From contig JAPLLW010000007.1 in NCBI GenBank assembly GCA_026387355.1, positions 106,198-170,197 of the forward strand: a stretch of 64,000 nt of DNA. The letters run 5' to 3'. Under the pieces are notes generated by a model. The model saw nothing but the letters and a program-made list of their open reading frames with translations. It made no database searches and had not been told where the DNA came from. Position 1 is the stretch's first letter, and each line of letters opens with the position of its first letter. Shown piece by piece: positions 30,066 through 40,793 of the stretch. Origin of the DNA: Candidatus Omnitrophota bacterium (GTDB lineage: Bacteria; Omnitrophota; Gorgyraeia; Gygaellales; Profunditerraquicolaceae). The position numbers and the translations under genes are program-made.

Positions 30066-30143
30066 GTTTCCTCCAATTTTAACAATTAATAATATAGCCT
30101 AAATATTAGGTACAGGTGCCTTTCGGCGTGTTACTAATTTATA

Positions 30144-30497
30144 GGATAAGTAGGATAAGCCGGGTTCTGTCTTGATACGAGTATACGCATCGATTAGTGA
30201 TCATTCCTCTCGATATCGGCGTTACCGCCGCTACTCTAGCAGCTTATTACCCGAGATTAATAACGTGTCGGATAGACACTTATCTCCTATTTTGCCTTGC
30301 TCCGCGTAGAGATTGCCTCGTTTCACCTCTTCGATATGGGGTCAGAATTAATTCTGACCCCATATCGAATAATCGTCTCTGTGGCTCTTATCCTACCCGA
30401 AAAAATATTCGAGTGGCAGGTGTTAACCTGTTACGCTATCCTTTGGAGCCCGGACTTTCCTCTCCCTTTAACAGGAGCGACCACATCCTACCTATCC
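30144..30497 (-). ncRNA. rnpB: RNase P RNA (type A-like, apparently lacking P13/P14)
   Basis: GAGGAAAGTCCGGGCTC, GCCACAGA, GGTGAAAC, GGAGCAAG and ACAGAACCCGGCTTAT conserved regions; P1 GGATAGGTAGGA pairs with TCCTACTTATCC; P6 GGATA pairs with L17 TATCC. Confidence 0.95.
30330..30369. repeat. Perfect 40-bp palindrome within rnpB (P12 position)
   Basis: TTCGATATGGGGTCAGAATT followed directly by AATTCTGACCCCATATCGAA. Confidence 0.9.
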
Positions 30498-30524
30498 AAT
30501 TTCTAAAAGAACTTAAAACTCGTG

Positions 30525-30941
30525 CTACTTACTGGTTTTCTTTAACTCTTTCTTTATCGCTAGTGTTGCTAATTTATCTGCACCCTTATTTTCTTCGCGA
30601 GGAATATCTTTTATATAAACTTCTTTAAAGGCAGTCAATAAATGCAGCGCCTGATTGTAAAGCCCGATAATATTTACATTCCTTACTTTATAAACTTTAT
30701 TTAATTGCCGGGCAAGCAACTGGCTATCCGTTTTCACTAAAAGCCTTTCCGCTTTCATTATTAAGGCCTCTTCTAACGCATAAATCAATGCAGTATATTC
30801 TGCAAAATTATTTGTAGCGCGCCCTATATAGGTAGATATATTTTTAATGGTTAGACCATTTGAACAGATTACCACCCCGATCCCGCTTGGCCCGGGATTG
30901 CCTTTTGAAGCTCCGTCTATATAAATTTCAAGATTTTTCAT
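30525..30941 (-). CDS. rnhA: Ribonuclease HI family protein
   Basis: YIDGASKGNPG, TNN.AEY.AL, DSQL, PREENKGADKLA. Confidence 0.9.
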   Translation of the reverse strand: MKNLEIYIDGASKGNPGPSGIGVVICSNGLTIKNISTYIGRATNNFAEYTALIYALEEALIMKAERLLVKTDSQLLARQLNKVYKVRNVNIIGLYNQALHLLTAFKEVYIKDIPREENKGADKLATLAIKKELKKTSK

Positions 30942-30980
30942 CCTGTTACTGTCCTTATTAATTTCCGTTAACTTTTATTT

Positions 30981-31706
30981 CTAACGTGATTCATCAATAT
31001 ATAATATCCTATTGCACATTTCACAGGTTATCATATGTTCGTACATCTTAATTAAATTGATAACCTGTGGCGGGACAAACATATTACAACCTCCGCATGA
31101 ATTTCCCTTAACAGTAACAATAGCAAGCCCGTCGCGGCTGTTCAGAATTCTATCGTATTGGCTTAAAACCTTTGCTTCGACTTCTGGAATGATTTGTTTT
31201 CTCGCGCTCTCAAGTTGGCTCAAGCGATCATCCATCTCTTTGATTCTATCATCCACTTTCTTTTTCTGGGTTACAAAAGCCTTCTCCTCTTCACTAAGTT
31301 TTAATTTTTCTTTATCCACTTCTACTTTTATTTCGTCAACCAAAGCAAATAAACCGAGTATTTTATCTTCAATAACCGAACCATCGGCCTTAGAATCCTG
31401 TATCTGTTGAAGCATGGTCTGATATTCTTTATTGGTTTTAAGCGAAAAAAGCTGGCCTTGCAATTTTTTTGTTGCCTCTTCCTTCTGAGCCAGTTCACCT
31501 TCTTTATCTTTTCTCTGCTTCTGAAGATCCAGAGACTTCTTTTCAAGTTCAGCCATATGGGCTTTTTTGCTTTCAAAAGATTGCTCAAGTACTTTAATTT
31601 CTTGCGGCTTGGATTCTTTCTCTAAGCGCAATGCATAAATCTCGCTATCGATTGTTTGCAACTTGATTAAACTTCCTAACTGAGTCTTTAAATCTAATGG
31701 CGACAA
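30981..31706 (-). CDS. Coiled-coil plus C4 zinc-ribbon protein (DUF164-type)
   Basis: LQTIDSEI, long coiled coil, CGGC...CEMCNRILY; TTG start with AGGAG SD. Confidence 0.85.
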   Translation of the reverse strand: MSPLDLKTQLGSLIKLQTIDSEIYALRLEKESKPQEIKVLEQSFESKKAHMAELEKKSLDLQKQRKDKEGELAQKEEATKKLQGQLFSLKTNKEYQTMLQQIQDSKADGSVIEDKILGLFALVDEIKVEVDKEKLKLSEEEKAFVTQKKKVDDRIKEMDDRLSQLESARKQIIPEVEAKVLSQYDRILNSRDGLAIVTVKGNSCGGCNMFVPPQVINLIKMYEHMITCEMCNRILYIDESR

Positions 31707-31721
31707 TATTTCTCCTTTTTA

Positions 31722-31798
31722 TGGTGGGCGATATAGGATTCGAACCTATGACCTCCACAATGTGAATGTGGCGCTCTAACCAGCTGAGCCAATCGCCC
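31722..31798 (-). tRNA. tRNA-Val(CAC)
   Basis: GGGCGATTGGCTCAGCTGGTTAGAGCGCCACATT-CAC-ATTGTGGAGGTCATAGGTTCGAATCCTATATCGCCCACCA; CCA encoded. Confidence 0.95.
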
Positions 31799-31828
31799 AA
31801 TTCCTAACCAACCGCCCAAATTCCTAAC
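31789..31828. repeat. Imperfect ~20-bp tandem duplication at the tRNA-Val 5' end
   Basis: CCAATCGCCCAATTCCTAA followed by CCAACCGCCCAAATTCCTAAC. Confidence 0.65.
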
Positions 31829-31832
31829 TTAC

Positions 31833-31904
31833 TGGGCCCAGAAGGGTTCGGACCTCCGACCAAGTGATTATGAGTCACCTGCTCTACCACTGAGCTATGG
31901 GCCC
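31833..31904 (-). tRNA. tRNA with CAT anticodon, most likely tRNA-Ile2
   Basis: GGGCCCATAGCTCAGTGGTAGAGCAGGTGACT-CAT-AATCACTTGGTCGGAGGTCCGAACCCTTCTGGGCCCA; Ile2-like stems; CCA not encoded. Confidence 0.88.
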
Positions 31905-31983
31905 CGAATCTTAAAATAGCTAATAATCTTAACATATTATTTATAACGGGGCAAGTCAAAAGTTAGTTTTATTTACGGAAGAG

Positions 31984-34900
31984 TTACTTCTTTTTCTGTA
32001 TTATGGCTAAGAAGCAGTCTACGACTCGGGGGTCGAATTGCGTACCGGAACCAGCCTTGATTATCTTTAAAGCCTTTTCTTTTTTAAGGGCTTTTCTATA
32101 AGGTCGATTGCTAGTTAAGGCTTGGTATACGTCAGCAACAGAAATAATTCTTGCTCCTATAGGTATATCATCTCCCTTGATGCCGCTAGGGTAGCCCGAA
32201 CCATCCCATTTTTCGTGGTGATACAGTATTAATGGAATCAGGCGGCGTAATGATTGAATCGGCCTTAAAATATCTGCGGCAATCTGCGGATGCTTTTTAA
32301 TCTCTGCGTATTCGGGCGTAGTTAACTTTCCTTTTTTTAGAAGTACTTTTTCGCTTACCCCGATTTTCCCCAGATCATGAAGGATTGAAGCTTGTTTAAC
32401 CAATTCGATCTCATCCTTAGTTAGCCCCAAGCGCTTAGAAATTTCGGTAGTATATTTAACTGTATGTTCCACATGCTCACCGGTGTAGTGATCTTTTATT
32501 TCAATGGTCTTAGCAAAGGCAATAATAGCTTCACTTAAACCCTCCCTAGATTTTCGATTTAATTTATTTATTCTATTTTGTAAGACTTTTACAAAGAACG
32601 AACCGCGTTTTTTAGTTTCATCGCTTTTTGATTTGTTAATATCCAAAGAGGTAAAAACTCGATTTCCTCCTGATTCTTTAGCTTTACCCAGAATGTTATC
32701 CGCTAAATTGATTAAACTCATCCCTCTTGTGCAGCTATCTTCAGGATAAGAAACAACCGAAAGACTTATTTTTAGCTTAATAGTGCTTTTGCGATCTCCG
32801 AAATTATATAAACTCATAGCACTTAGTATTCTCTGGCCTAAAACAAATCCCTGGTCCCGGTCTATCCCAGGTGAAATAATAAGAAATTCTTCCCCTCCAA
32901 AACGGATAACTACATCGTATCTGCGTACAATTCTCTTAAGTTGTCCTGCAAACTGCTTAAGCACAAGATCGCCGAATTCATGGCCATATACATCATTTAT
33001 GGATTTAAAATAATCAATATCAAGCATTAAAACTGAAAAAGGATGCGCGTAACGCTTAGCGCGCTGAAATTCTGCTTCTATAGCTTGCCCAAGGTAGTGG
33101 TAACTATATAAACCGGTATGCGAATCAATAAGTGATAATTCCTTTAGTCTTTTATTTGATTTTAGTAGTTCGAGTTCTGTTTCTTTACGCTGAGTAATAT
33201 CATTATAAATTTCCACTACTTCGCCGGTAGGTAGCCTATATATATAGCTTTCTCTCCACCCTTTCCTTTTTTTGTCTTTATAAAAGAACGAAGGGAGGCT
33301 TATCGGGCTTCCTGTCTGCCATACTTTCTTAAATGCATTAAGAATTCCCGTTCTTTTTACTCCGGGGAATACCTTGGTTACTCGTTTACCGACCAAGCTT
33401 TCTTTTTTGACCTTATCGATTAACTCTGCGCCATGGTTAAAATCAACTATGATAAAATCGCTTCCTCTTTTTATGGCCTCGTAAACAACTACACCACTGG
33501 AAATTGAATTAAAAAGCTCTTTAAATTTCTGCTCTTTTAATTTGATTAAAGCAGCGCTTTTTAATTTATCAGTAATGTCTTTGAAGGTACCCAAAAGATA
33601 CATTCTTTTATTAATATTTACGCGGGAAACAGTAAGGCTAGCATGGATCGTTGCGTTATTCTTCCTTTTAAGAGCGAAATCTTCAATATTGATGACACTG
33701 CCTAAGGCAGCAGCCTTAAGTTTATTCTTTGTCTCCTTAATTACTTCTTCAGGGTGAATATCTTTTACCTTAAGCTTAATTATCTCACTTGGTTTATAGC
33801 CTAACATTTTCTGCATTGCTTTGTTACTTAAATAAAGTTGCTGGTTAACTGGGTCAACAATAAGCATCCCGTCGCTGGCATCGTTAAATATATGCTTAAA
33901 CTGCTGGTTCATTTCTATAACTTTATTTTCCGCTTCCTTTAATTTAGATATATCCCCCATTGTAACAATAACTCTCTTGGCCTCTTCCATATTGCTTGGG
34001 ATAGACATTCTTAAATACATGTGCAGTAACTTGCCCTTTAAGCTCCTGTTAACGCATTCAGATTCAAAATATTTCTTGCCCTCTATAATAGCGATAATCT
34101 CTTGTTTAAATACTTCATACGAAGCCGGAACGAATATCTTATCTAAAGACTGTAATAATTCCTGTTTATCATTGGCTTCATACACATGTAAAGTTGTACT
34201 ATTTATATCTGTAATTTGTATTAGCCGAGAAGCCTTTAGTAAGAAATCAGGGTTTTTCTCAATATAGGCATGCAGGTCCTTTACTCCATTTTTTAGCTCT
34301 AATTTGTTCAATAATTGCATTAACTGAGTGTAGTCTTCCTCCCAAATGCATATCGGGACATTTTGATATATAATGCGATGCTTTTCTTCACTTATGCGTA
34401 ATGCCTCATCGCTTTTTTCGTGTTCGCTAATTTCTCTGCGTAAATCATCATTAGCCTTAGCTAATTCAGCAGTTCTTACCTTTACCCTGATCTCTAGTTC
34501 AGCGCGAGCTTCACGCAATCTGTCTTCATAACGTTTACGTTCCGAAATATCCCTAGCAATGCCGGTGGTCCCGATAACCTCGCCATTCTTATTGAATATC
34601 GGGGTTTTAATCGTTTCAATCCAAAGCGTCTTGTTTTTTTTATCAGCCAGCCTTTCTTCCACAATTTTCCGTTTCCCGGTAGTTATCACCTCTAGATCAT
34701 CTTTGCGGTAATGTTCGGCTAGATCTTTAGGCCAGATGTCCAAATCTGTTTTACCTATGAGATCATCGGGCTTGACTCCGCATGACTCCCCAAATGCTTC
34801 GTTCACAATAATGAAATTGCTTTCTTTGTCTTTTAGCCAGGCAATATCAGGGATACCATTAAGAATCGCTTTTTGCTGTAATTCAGTTTTCTGTAAGAGT

Positions 34901-35010
34901 TCTTCTGAGAACTTATAGCGGGATTCGGACTTTTCGAGTTCTGTGATGCGGATTTGTAGAAATTTTATCTCATCATTTAGTTTTTCATCGCTTCTATTTT
35001 CCATCGGCAC
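31984..35010 (-). CDS. Multi-PAS / GGDEF / HD-GYP c-di-GMP enzyme
   Basis: Several PAS/PAC domains, RRYD I-site, RFGGEEF, LHDLGK, HHEKWDGSGYP. Confidence 0.92.
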   Translation of the reverse strand: MPMENRSDEKLNDEIKFLQIRITELEKSESRYKFSEELLQKTELQQKAILNGIPDIAWLKDKESNFIIVNEAFGESCGVKPDDLIGKTDLDIWPKDLAEHYRKDDLEVITTGKRKIVEERLADKKNKTLWIETIKTPIFNKNGEVIGTTGIARDISERKRYEDRLREARAELEIRVKVRTAELAKANDDLRREISEHEKSDEALRISEEKHRIIYQNVPICIWEEDYTQLMQLLNKLELKNGVKDLHAYIEKNPDFLLKASRLIQITDINSTTLHVYEANDKQELLQSLDKIFVPASYEVFKQEIIAIIEGKKYFESECVNRSLKGKLLHMYLRMSIPSNMEEAKRVIVTMGDISKLKEAENKVIEMNQQFKHIFNDASDGMLIVDPVNQQLYLSNKAMQKMLGYKPSEIIKLKVKDIHPEEVIKETKNKLKAAALGSVINIEDFALKRKNNATIHASLTVSRVNINKRMYLLGTFKDITDKLKSAALIKLKEQKFKELFNSISSGVVVYEAIKRGSDFIIVDFNHGAELIDKVKKESLVGKRVTKVFPGVKRTGILNAFKKVWQTGSPISLPSFFYKDKKRKGWRESYIYRLPTGEVVEIYNDITQRKETELELLKSNKRLKELSLIDSHTGLYSYHYLGQAIEAEFQRAKRYAHPFSVLMLDIDYFKSINDVYGHEFGDLVLKQFAGQLKRIVRRYDVVIRFGGEEFLIISPGIDRDQGFVLGQRILSAMSLYNFGDRKSTIKLKISLSVVSYPEDSCTRGMSLINLADNILGKAKESGGNRVFTSLDINKSKSDETKKRGSFFVKVLQNRINKLNRKSREGLSEAIIAFAKTIEIKDHYTGEHVEHTVKYTTEISKRLGLTKDEIELVKQASILHDLGKIGVSEKVLLKKGKLTTPEYAEIKKHPQIAADILRPIQSLRRLIPLILYHHEKWDGSGYPSGIKGDDIPIGARIISVADVYQALTSNRPYRKALKKEKALKIIKAGSGTQFDPRVVDCFLAIIQKKK

Positions 35011-35019
35011 ACCTCTATA

Positions 35020-36558
35020 TTAATACTCTCTTTGGTGCGCAAGCGTCATATCTAGAAAAGTTCGTAATCTCCTTGAGCGGGTAGGGTGACGCAGTTTTTT
35101 CAATGCCTTTGCTTCAATCTGCCTAACCCTTTCGCGGGTAACTTTGAAAACATTCCCAACTTCTTCGAGCGTACGAGCTGAACCATCAAGTATCCCAAAA
35201 CGCAATACCAGTATCTTTTTTTCTCTTTCGGTGAGCGTACCTAAAGCTGAATTCATCTCATCTTTAAGCATTGAGCGCACGGTTTCGTTAGCCGGAGAGA
35301 CTGCCTTTTTATCCTGAATAAAATCTCCGAAATGAGTATCTCCTTCATCGCCGATGGGTAGCTGCAAAGATATAGGTTCCTGCGCAATTTTTAATATCGA
35401 CTTTACCTTTTCCTGAGGCAGGCGCATTTTATAAGCGATCTCTTCCGGCGTAGGTTCTCGGCCATTCTCCTGGACAAAAATACGAGAATAACGTATGATT
35501 TTGTTAATCGTCTCGGTCATATGTACGGGTATTCTAATAGTGCGCGCCTGATCAGCGATGGAACGGGTTATCGCTTGTCTTATCCACCAGGTAGCATAAG
35601 TGGAAAACTTATAACCCCTCTTATATTCAAATTTCTCAACTGCGCGCATAAGTCCGATATTTCCCTCTTGAATTAAATCCAGGAATGATAGCCCGCGGTT
35701 AGTATATTTCTTAGCAATGCTTACCACTAACCTTAAATTTGCCTCAACCAGCTTCTTTTTTGTTCGGCTAAACTTAAGATGGGTAGACTTAATTAGCTTT
35801 AATTTCTCCTTCATCTTAGAGTAAGGCTCACCAAGTTCTTTTAATATCGCTTTTTTCCTATTTCTGTCAGACCTATTTCCACGACGCGCAATCTGGTCAA
35901 GTTCTTTAACCCGGTGGTTAAGCTTACGTACTGCTGACTCAACTACTGAAGTTACAAAATTAAACTCAAGCAATAGATCCAAAGCTACGTTTTCGCTGCG
36001 TGTGCGATTTAATTTCTTAAGCGTCTTTTTAATCTTACTAGTGATATTATCTTTTTTTACCTTTAGATCCTCTTTTACTACTTCTTCTGGGTTAACCTTT
36101 TCCTCGATAATATTATTAGCCACAGCGATTGTTTCATTACGCACAATCTTAGTGCTTAAGGCAGCGCGTTTAAAACGCTCCTCTGCGTCTTCAATTTTCT
36201 TAGCCAACTCAATCTCATGCTCACGGGTTAAAAGTGAAATTGAACCCATCTGCTTAAGATACATTTTTACAGGATCATCCAAAGGCAGGAAGCGCTCTTC
36301 AGATTTTATCTGGTCGTTTAAAAGGTCGTCTTTAATAATCTGGCTGTTTTTTTCAACTACCTTGTCTTCTTCATGCTCAACAACCTGAATATCCTCATTT
36401 CCTAACAATTCAAATAGATGATCAATTTCTTTAGATGAAGAGAGCTCTTCAGGTAGAAGATCGTTAACTTCGTCATATGTAAGAAATCCTTTTTGTCTGC
36501 CTAAAGCTATAATCTTCTCGAGGTCTTTACTGGAATAAGAGGTACTCTTCTTTTTCAT
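35020..36558 (-). CDS. rpoD: Primary sigma factor
   Basis: Region 1.1, [42 protein letters not shown]. Confidence 0.97.
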   Translation of the reverse strand: MKKKSTSYSSKDLEKIIALGRQKGFLTYDEVNDLLPEELSSSKEIDHLFELLGNEDIQVVEHEEDKVVEKNSQIIKDDLLNDQIKSEERFLPLDDPVKMYLKQMGSISLLTREHEIELAKKIEDAEERFKRAALSTKIVRNETIAVANNIIEEKVNPEEVVKEDLKVKKDNITSKIKKTLKKLNRTRSENVALDLLLEFNFVTSVVESAVRKLNHRVKELDQIARRGNRSDRNRKKAILKELGEPYSKMKEKLKLIKSTHLKFSRTKKKLVEANLRLVVSIAKKYTNRGLSFLDLIQEGNIGLMRAVEKFEYKRGYKFSTYATWWIRQAITRSIADQARTIRIPVHMTETINKIIRYSRIFVQENGREPTPEEIAYKMRLPQEKVKSILKIAQEPISLQLPIGDEGDTHFGDFIQDKKAVSPANETVRSMLKDEMNSALGTLTEREKKILVLRFGILDGSARTLEEVGNVFKVTRERVRQIEAKALKKLRHPTRSRRLRTFLDMTLAHQREY

Positions 36559-38324
36559 AATTTATCCGTCCTTTTTTTAATTAAACAATGGAATTCTTCC
36601 GTAAGTAAAGCTAAACGCTCATGGTCACCTTTGTGTTGAGCAACTTTTATCTGCTCATGCAGCCGCTCTCTTTCTAACTTCACGCTATTGCTCTTCATTC
36701 GCTGTATACAATCATCAACAACTTTTTCCTTATGATCATCAGTTAAGGTTTGCGGTAAGAATACTGACTCGCAGACTAATTCAGATATATCGTCACCTAA
36801 GTGATTCATCAGGATCTGTGGAGCTACTTGTTTCCCTTGCTCAACAAGCTCAAACATAATCGAGACTACCTTTGCAATACGCTCATCTTGAAAATCCTTG
36901 GCATCAAGGCTTTCTTTGATCCTGCCAATTAAACTATTTTCTTCAAGCATAAGCGACATAAGCAACTTTTCCGTGGGGTTTATACTAGAGATTCTTTTAG
37001 GCGGTGGTATAACTTGCGTTGTATATCCTTTATCTGTTTTTACCTTGGCAAGCTCTTCTATTAAAGCCTCTTCTTTAACATTTAAATCTTGAGCAAGCTT
37101 CTTTAAATATTCAGACCTGAGAATCGCGTTCTTAAATTTACTTATAGTATCTAGCATTAGCGCTGAAATCTTAGCCCTACCTTCAATCTCCTTGGCGTTA
37201 TATCTGTTTTTTAAAACCCCTAATTTATAATCAAAGATATTTTGGGCATTATTTATCTTTTCCCTAAAGGCATCGATACCGTGTTTACGCACGAATAGGT
37301 CAGGATCAAAACCTTTAGGTAAAGAAACTATCCTTACATTCATCTCTTCTTCTATAAATATATCCAAGCTCCTTAAAGTAGCTAATTCGCCTGCGCTATC
37401 TGCATCATAAACCATAACCACATTATGAGTATATCGTTTTAGAAGCCTTGCCTGCTCACTAGTCAAAGCAGTACCAAGCGATGCTACAATATTTTTTACC
37501 CCATCTTGGTAGGGTATGAGAAAATCCATGTAGCCTTCGACTACGGCCACAAAATCATCTTCTTTAATACTGTCCTTAGCAAAATTAAGGCCGTATAAAT
37601 GTTTTCCCTTAGTATAAATAGCGGTTTCGGGAGAATTAAGGTATTTAGGCAAACTATCATCTAGCACGCGGGCACCGAACCCTAGCACCCGATCTTTTAT
37701 ATCTAGTATTGGGAAAATTATCCTGTTTCTAAATCTATCATAGTAGCCGCCATCATCCTTAGCTACTACTAAACCTACCTTATCCAGTAAGCCAAGGCTG
37801 GTAGATTTGGCTCGTAAATAATTAATCAGACTATCCCACTTGTTTATCGCTAGGCCAATTTTTAATTCAGTAATTGTTTCCTGCTTAATTCCTCGTTTGT
37901 AAAGATAGTCTCTTGCGCCGGAGGCTTCTGCCAAATTTAGATTGCTAGAATAAAAATTCTGCGCTAGTTCATTTATTTTAAATAACTGCGAAGTTGCACC
38001 GTTAGGACTCTCTCCCCGAAAATCATTCTTAGGTAAACACACCCCAACCTTTTTTGCCAATACCTCTACTGCTTCCGGAAATTCCATACGCTCATAACGC
38101 ATCAGGAATTTGAAGGCATTACCTGACTCACCACAGCCAAAACAATGATATATCTGCCTATCGGTAGAGACCATAAAGGAGGGTGTTTTTTCATGGTGAA
38201 AAGGACAGCAGGCTTTAAAATTCTTGCCAGAACGTTTAAGTGGTATATAGCCGGCAATAACTTCAGCAATATCGACCTTGCCTAAAATATCCTCTAATAT
38301 ATTCTCTGGTATAAGACCGGCCAA
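36555..38324 (-). CDS. dnaG: DNA primase
   Basis: [15 protein letters not shown] zinc finger, [23 protein letters not shown]. Confidence 0.97.
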   Translation of the reverse strand: MAGLIPENILEDILGKVDIAEVIAGYIPLKRSGKNFKACCPFHHEKTPSFMVSTDRQIYHCFGCGESGNAFKFLMRYERMEFPEAVEVLAKKVGVCLPKNDFRGESPNGATSQLFKINELAQNFYSSNLNLAEASGARDYLYKRGIKQETITELKIGLAINKWDSLINYLRAKSTSLGLLDKVGLVVAKDDGGYYDRFRNRIIFPILDIKDRVLGFGARVLDDSLPKYLNSPETAIYTKGKHLYGLNFAKDSIKEDDFVAVVEGYMDFLIPYQDGVKNIVASLGTALTSEQARLLKRYTHNVVMVYDADSAGELATLRSLDIFIEEEMNVRIVSLPKGFDPDLFVRKHGIDAFREKINNAQNIFDYKLGVLKNRYNAKEIEGRAKISALMLDTISKFKNAILRSEYLKKLAQDLNVKEEALIEELAKVKTDKGYTTQVIPPPKRISSINPTEKLLMSLMLEENSLIGRIKESLDAKDFQDERIAKVVSIMFELVEQGKQVAPQILMNHLGDDISELVCESVFLPQTLTDDHKEKVVDDCIQRMKSNSVKLERERLHEQIKVAQHKGDHERLALLTEEFHCLIKKRTDKL

Positions 38325-38325
38325 A

Positions 38326-39198
38326 CTAACTCCTTTTTATCCTCTTAAAACCTGAACAACCTACAACTTCAATCTCTTCAATTCTATCAATTCTGTCTAA
38401 AAGTAGATTAAGCCCTAAAGAATCGCTTGAAATATGCCCTGCGATAATCGCATTAAGATTTGCTTCTTTGGCTTTTTTAAGATGATCCTCACTTAAGTGC
38501 ATAGAAATCAGGGTTCTTACTCCGGCTTTATAAAGCTTATCAAATACGTCCTTGGGTCCTTCTGTGCCCCCGGTCATCTCAAAAACTATCTTACCGACTT
38601 TTCTTTTCGGTGAGCCTAAAATGAGGGCTGGGCCAGTTTTATTCTTTTGCGCATCCCGATATTCAGGAATCTCTAATAAAATATCGATTACATTTTGGAT
38701 GAGTTTCGGCTTCTTTTCCAGCATCAACTTCTTGAGATACCAATAAACATGGTTATCGGCTGGCGTATGCATGCACATAAAAGGCATATTAAGAATCCTG
38801 GCAACATCAACGCAGCGCTCATGGTTCTGAGGTAGTACCCTTCTTTCAACTTCCGCCATTCTCGTATTTAGCAACTTCTGGGCGACTAACTCAGATAGGC
38901 CTGCCTGTTTAAGCAAGTCCACTTGCAATTGCATTACTTCGTGTAAAAGGACATAAGCTTTCCCCTCAGGGTGATGCGAGAGGGCTAAATCCAGTCCATC
39001 TTTTTGGCGGATTCTATCGGCCAATAATAATTCCCCTACCTCCATATCCACCCCGACGAGGATCTTGTTTATCTCAGTATCCGGCTTTCCATAGAGAATA
39101 GCGGTATCAGAATAAGACTTAATCGCTTCTTTATTCCTACGGGGATCCCGGTCAGTGCCGAATTTAACTATTAAGTTATAAAAACGCGATAGCTTCAT
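38326..39198 (-). CDS. NIF3-like dinuclear metal protein
   Basis: SHHPEG, HTPADN, MTGGTEG, AGHISSDSLG. Confidence 0.75.
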   Translation of the reverse strand: MKLSRFYNLIVKFGTDRDPRRNKEAIKSYSDTAILYGKPDTEINKILVGVDMEVGELLLADRIRQKDGLDLALSHHPEGKAYVLLHEVMQLQVDLLKQAGLSELVAQKLLNTRMAEVERRVLPQNHERCVDVARILNMPFMCMHTPADNHVYWYLKKLMLEKKPKLIQNVIDILLEIPEYRDAQKNKTGPALILGSPKRKVGKIVFEMTGGTEGPKDVFDKLYKAGVRTLISMHLSEDHLKKAKEANLNAIIAGHISSDSLGLNLLLDRIDRIEEIEVVGCSGFKRIKRS

Positions 39199-39776
39199 TT
39201 GTTTTTTAAGCCTTTCTCTTCCTGAGGAATAGTTTCGTTGTAGTTCTCGTTACTAGCAAATTTAGAGGCAAGATTACTCCAGATCCAAGCATAAGTATCC
39301 ACAGAAACATAATATAGCGCTTTTCCGGAATAGGAATCCTTAACGCTTTTTTTAAGATACTCGATATTTGATAATACCATAATAAAAATAATCAGGCTTG
39401 TTAGCAAGATCGCCCTGCCTGCGCCCAAGATTAGGCCTCCCCACTTATTTAGGTTTGAAACTGCTTCCAGTTTTATAAGATTATAGATTACATTTCGTAG
39501 AAGCGAGAAAATCAAGTATCCGCAGATAGCCAGGATTAAAAATACAGAAAAATAAAGCACTCCGGTCGGGATACCTTCAACAGGTACATATTTAGAAATT
39601 AAATCCGATAATAAAATGTAATAATGTAAAGAAAAATAGACTGCGCATAGTGTGCCTAGTAGTTTAAAAAGCTCAATTGGAAAACCGGTTTTTAAAGCAA
39701 CGTAACATACTCTGGCTATTAGCACTAGCGCAAAAATATCCAGCCAGTTGATTTGTTTTAAGATATTCAATGACAT
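39195..39776 (-). CDS. CvpA family membrane protein
   Basis: NWLDI, four TM helices, NKWGGLILG..R. Confidence 0.75.
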   Translation of the reverse strand: MSLNILKQINWLDIFALVLIARVCYVALKTGFPIELFKLLGTLCAVYFSLHYYILLSDLISKYVPVEGIPTGVLYFSVFLILAICGYLIFSLLRNVIYNLIKLEAVSNLNKWGGLILGAGRAILLTSLIIFIMVLSNIEYLKKSVKDSYSGKALYYVSVDTYAWIWSNLASKFASNENYNETIPQEEKGLKNK

Positions 39777-39818
39777 TGGGTTAAAGCCTCTTTAACTAGG
39801 TAAGTTTAAATTCGGTAA

Positions 39819-39848
39819 AGTATAACATATTCTTAAGCCTATTGTCAA
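39819..39848 (-). promoter_or_regulatory. Putative sigma70 promoter of cvpA-nif3-dnaG-rpoD
   Basis: TTGACA-18nt-TATACT with extended TG. Confidence 0.6.
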
Positions 39849-39863
39849 GGAAAGGGCTTTCTT

Positions 39864-40793
39864 TTACCTAAACCAAGATATGGTTCGCTTAAGGCCTTCT
39901 TCTAGGCTAATCTTGGGTTCCCACTTCAGAAACTTCTTGGCCCGGGATATCTCTGGTTGGCGCTGGCGAGGGTCATCCTGAGGTAGCTTCTTATAGACAA
40001 TCTTACTCTTAGAATTAGTTAGCTTTATAACTATCTTAGCAAGTTGCAAAACAGTGGACTCTCTAGGATTACCTAAATTAATTGGCTCATTTACTTTAGA
40101 AAGCATTAAGCGGTATAATCCTTCTACTAAATCATCTATATAGCAAAAACTTCTGCCTTGTTTACCATTGCCATAAACTGTAAGCGCTTTGTTTTCTAAT
40201 GCCTGGTTTATAAAATTTGGTACGACCCTGCCATCTTTTCTGCGCATACACGGCCCATAAGTATTGAAAATACGCGCTATTTTTGTATCAACCTTATGAA
40301 TACGATGATAAGCCATAGTAATTGCTTCGGCAAACCGCTTAGATTCATCATAGCAGCCGCGAACTCCCACGGGATTTACATTTCCCCAATACTCTTCTTT
40401 CTGGGGATGAACCAGCGGATCTCCATAAACTTCAGAAGTAGAAAAGAGCATAAAAACTGCCCTTTTTTCTTTAGCTAAACCTAAGGCATTATGTGTCCCC
40501 AAAGAACCAACTTTAAGAGTTTGAATTGGAAAATCTAGATAATCTTTTGGAGAAGCTAATGATGCACAGTGTAATACATAATCCACTTTCCCGGGAATAT
40601 TAATATTTTGAGAAACATTGTGGATGATTAGACTAAAATTATTGTTCTTTTTTAACCCTTTTATATTATCCAAAGAACCGGTCATAAAGCTGTCCACGCA
40701 AATTACCCCATAGTTTTCGCTTAGCAATCTAGCACAAAGATGAGAACCGATAAAACCTGCGCCTCCGGTTACCACTACCCTTTTGCTACTCAT
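39864..40793 (-). CDS. UDP-glucuronate decarboxylase (UDP-xylose synthase) family SDR
   Basis: [37 protein letters not shown]. Confidence 0.9.
   Translation of the reverse strand: MSSKRVVVTGGAGFIGSHLCARLLSENYGVICVDSFMTGSLDNIKGLKKNNNFSLIIHNVSQNINIPGKVDYVLHCASLASPKDYLDFPIQTLKVGSLGTHNALGLAKEKRAVFMLFSTSEVYGDPLVHPQKEEYWGNVNPVGVRGCYDESKRFAEAITMAYHRIHKVDTKIARIFNTYGPCMRRKDGRVVPNFINQALENKALTVYGNGKQGRSFCYIDDLVEGLYRLMLSKVNEPINLGNPRESTVLQLAKIVIKLTNSKSKIVYKKLPQDDPRQRQPEISRAKKFLKWEPKISLEEGLKRTISWFR

Noticed and set aside
30197-30628. 143-aa and 69-aa + strand ORFs
   Set aside because: They overlap the RNase P RNA gene in antisense
31722-35010. Genomic island integrated at the tRNAs
   Set aside because: No integrase and no duplicated tRNA 3' end; the only duplication is a short 5' one
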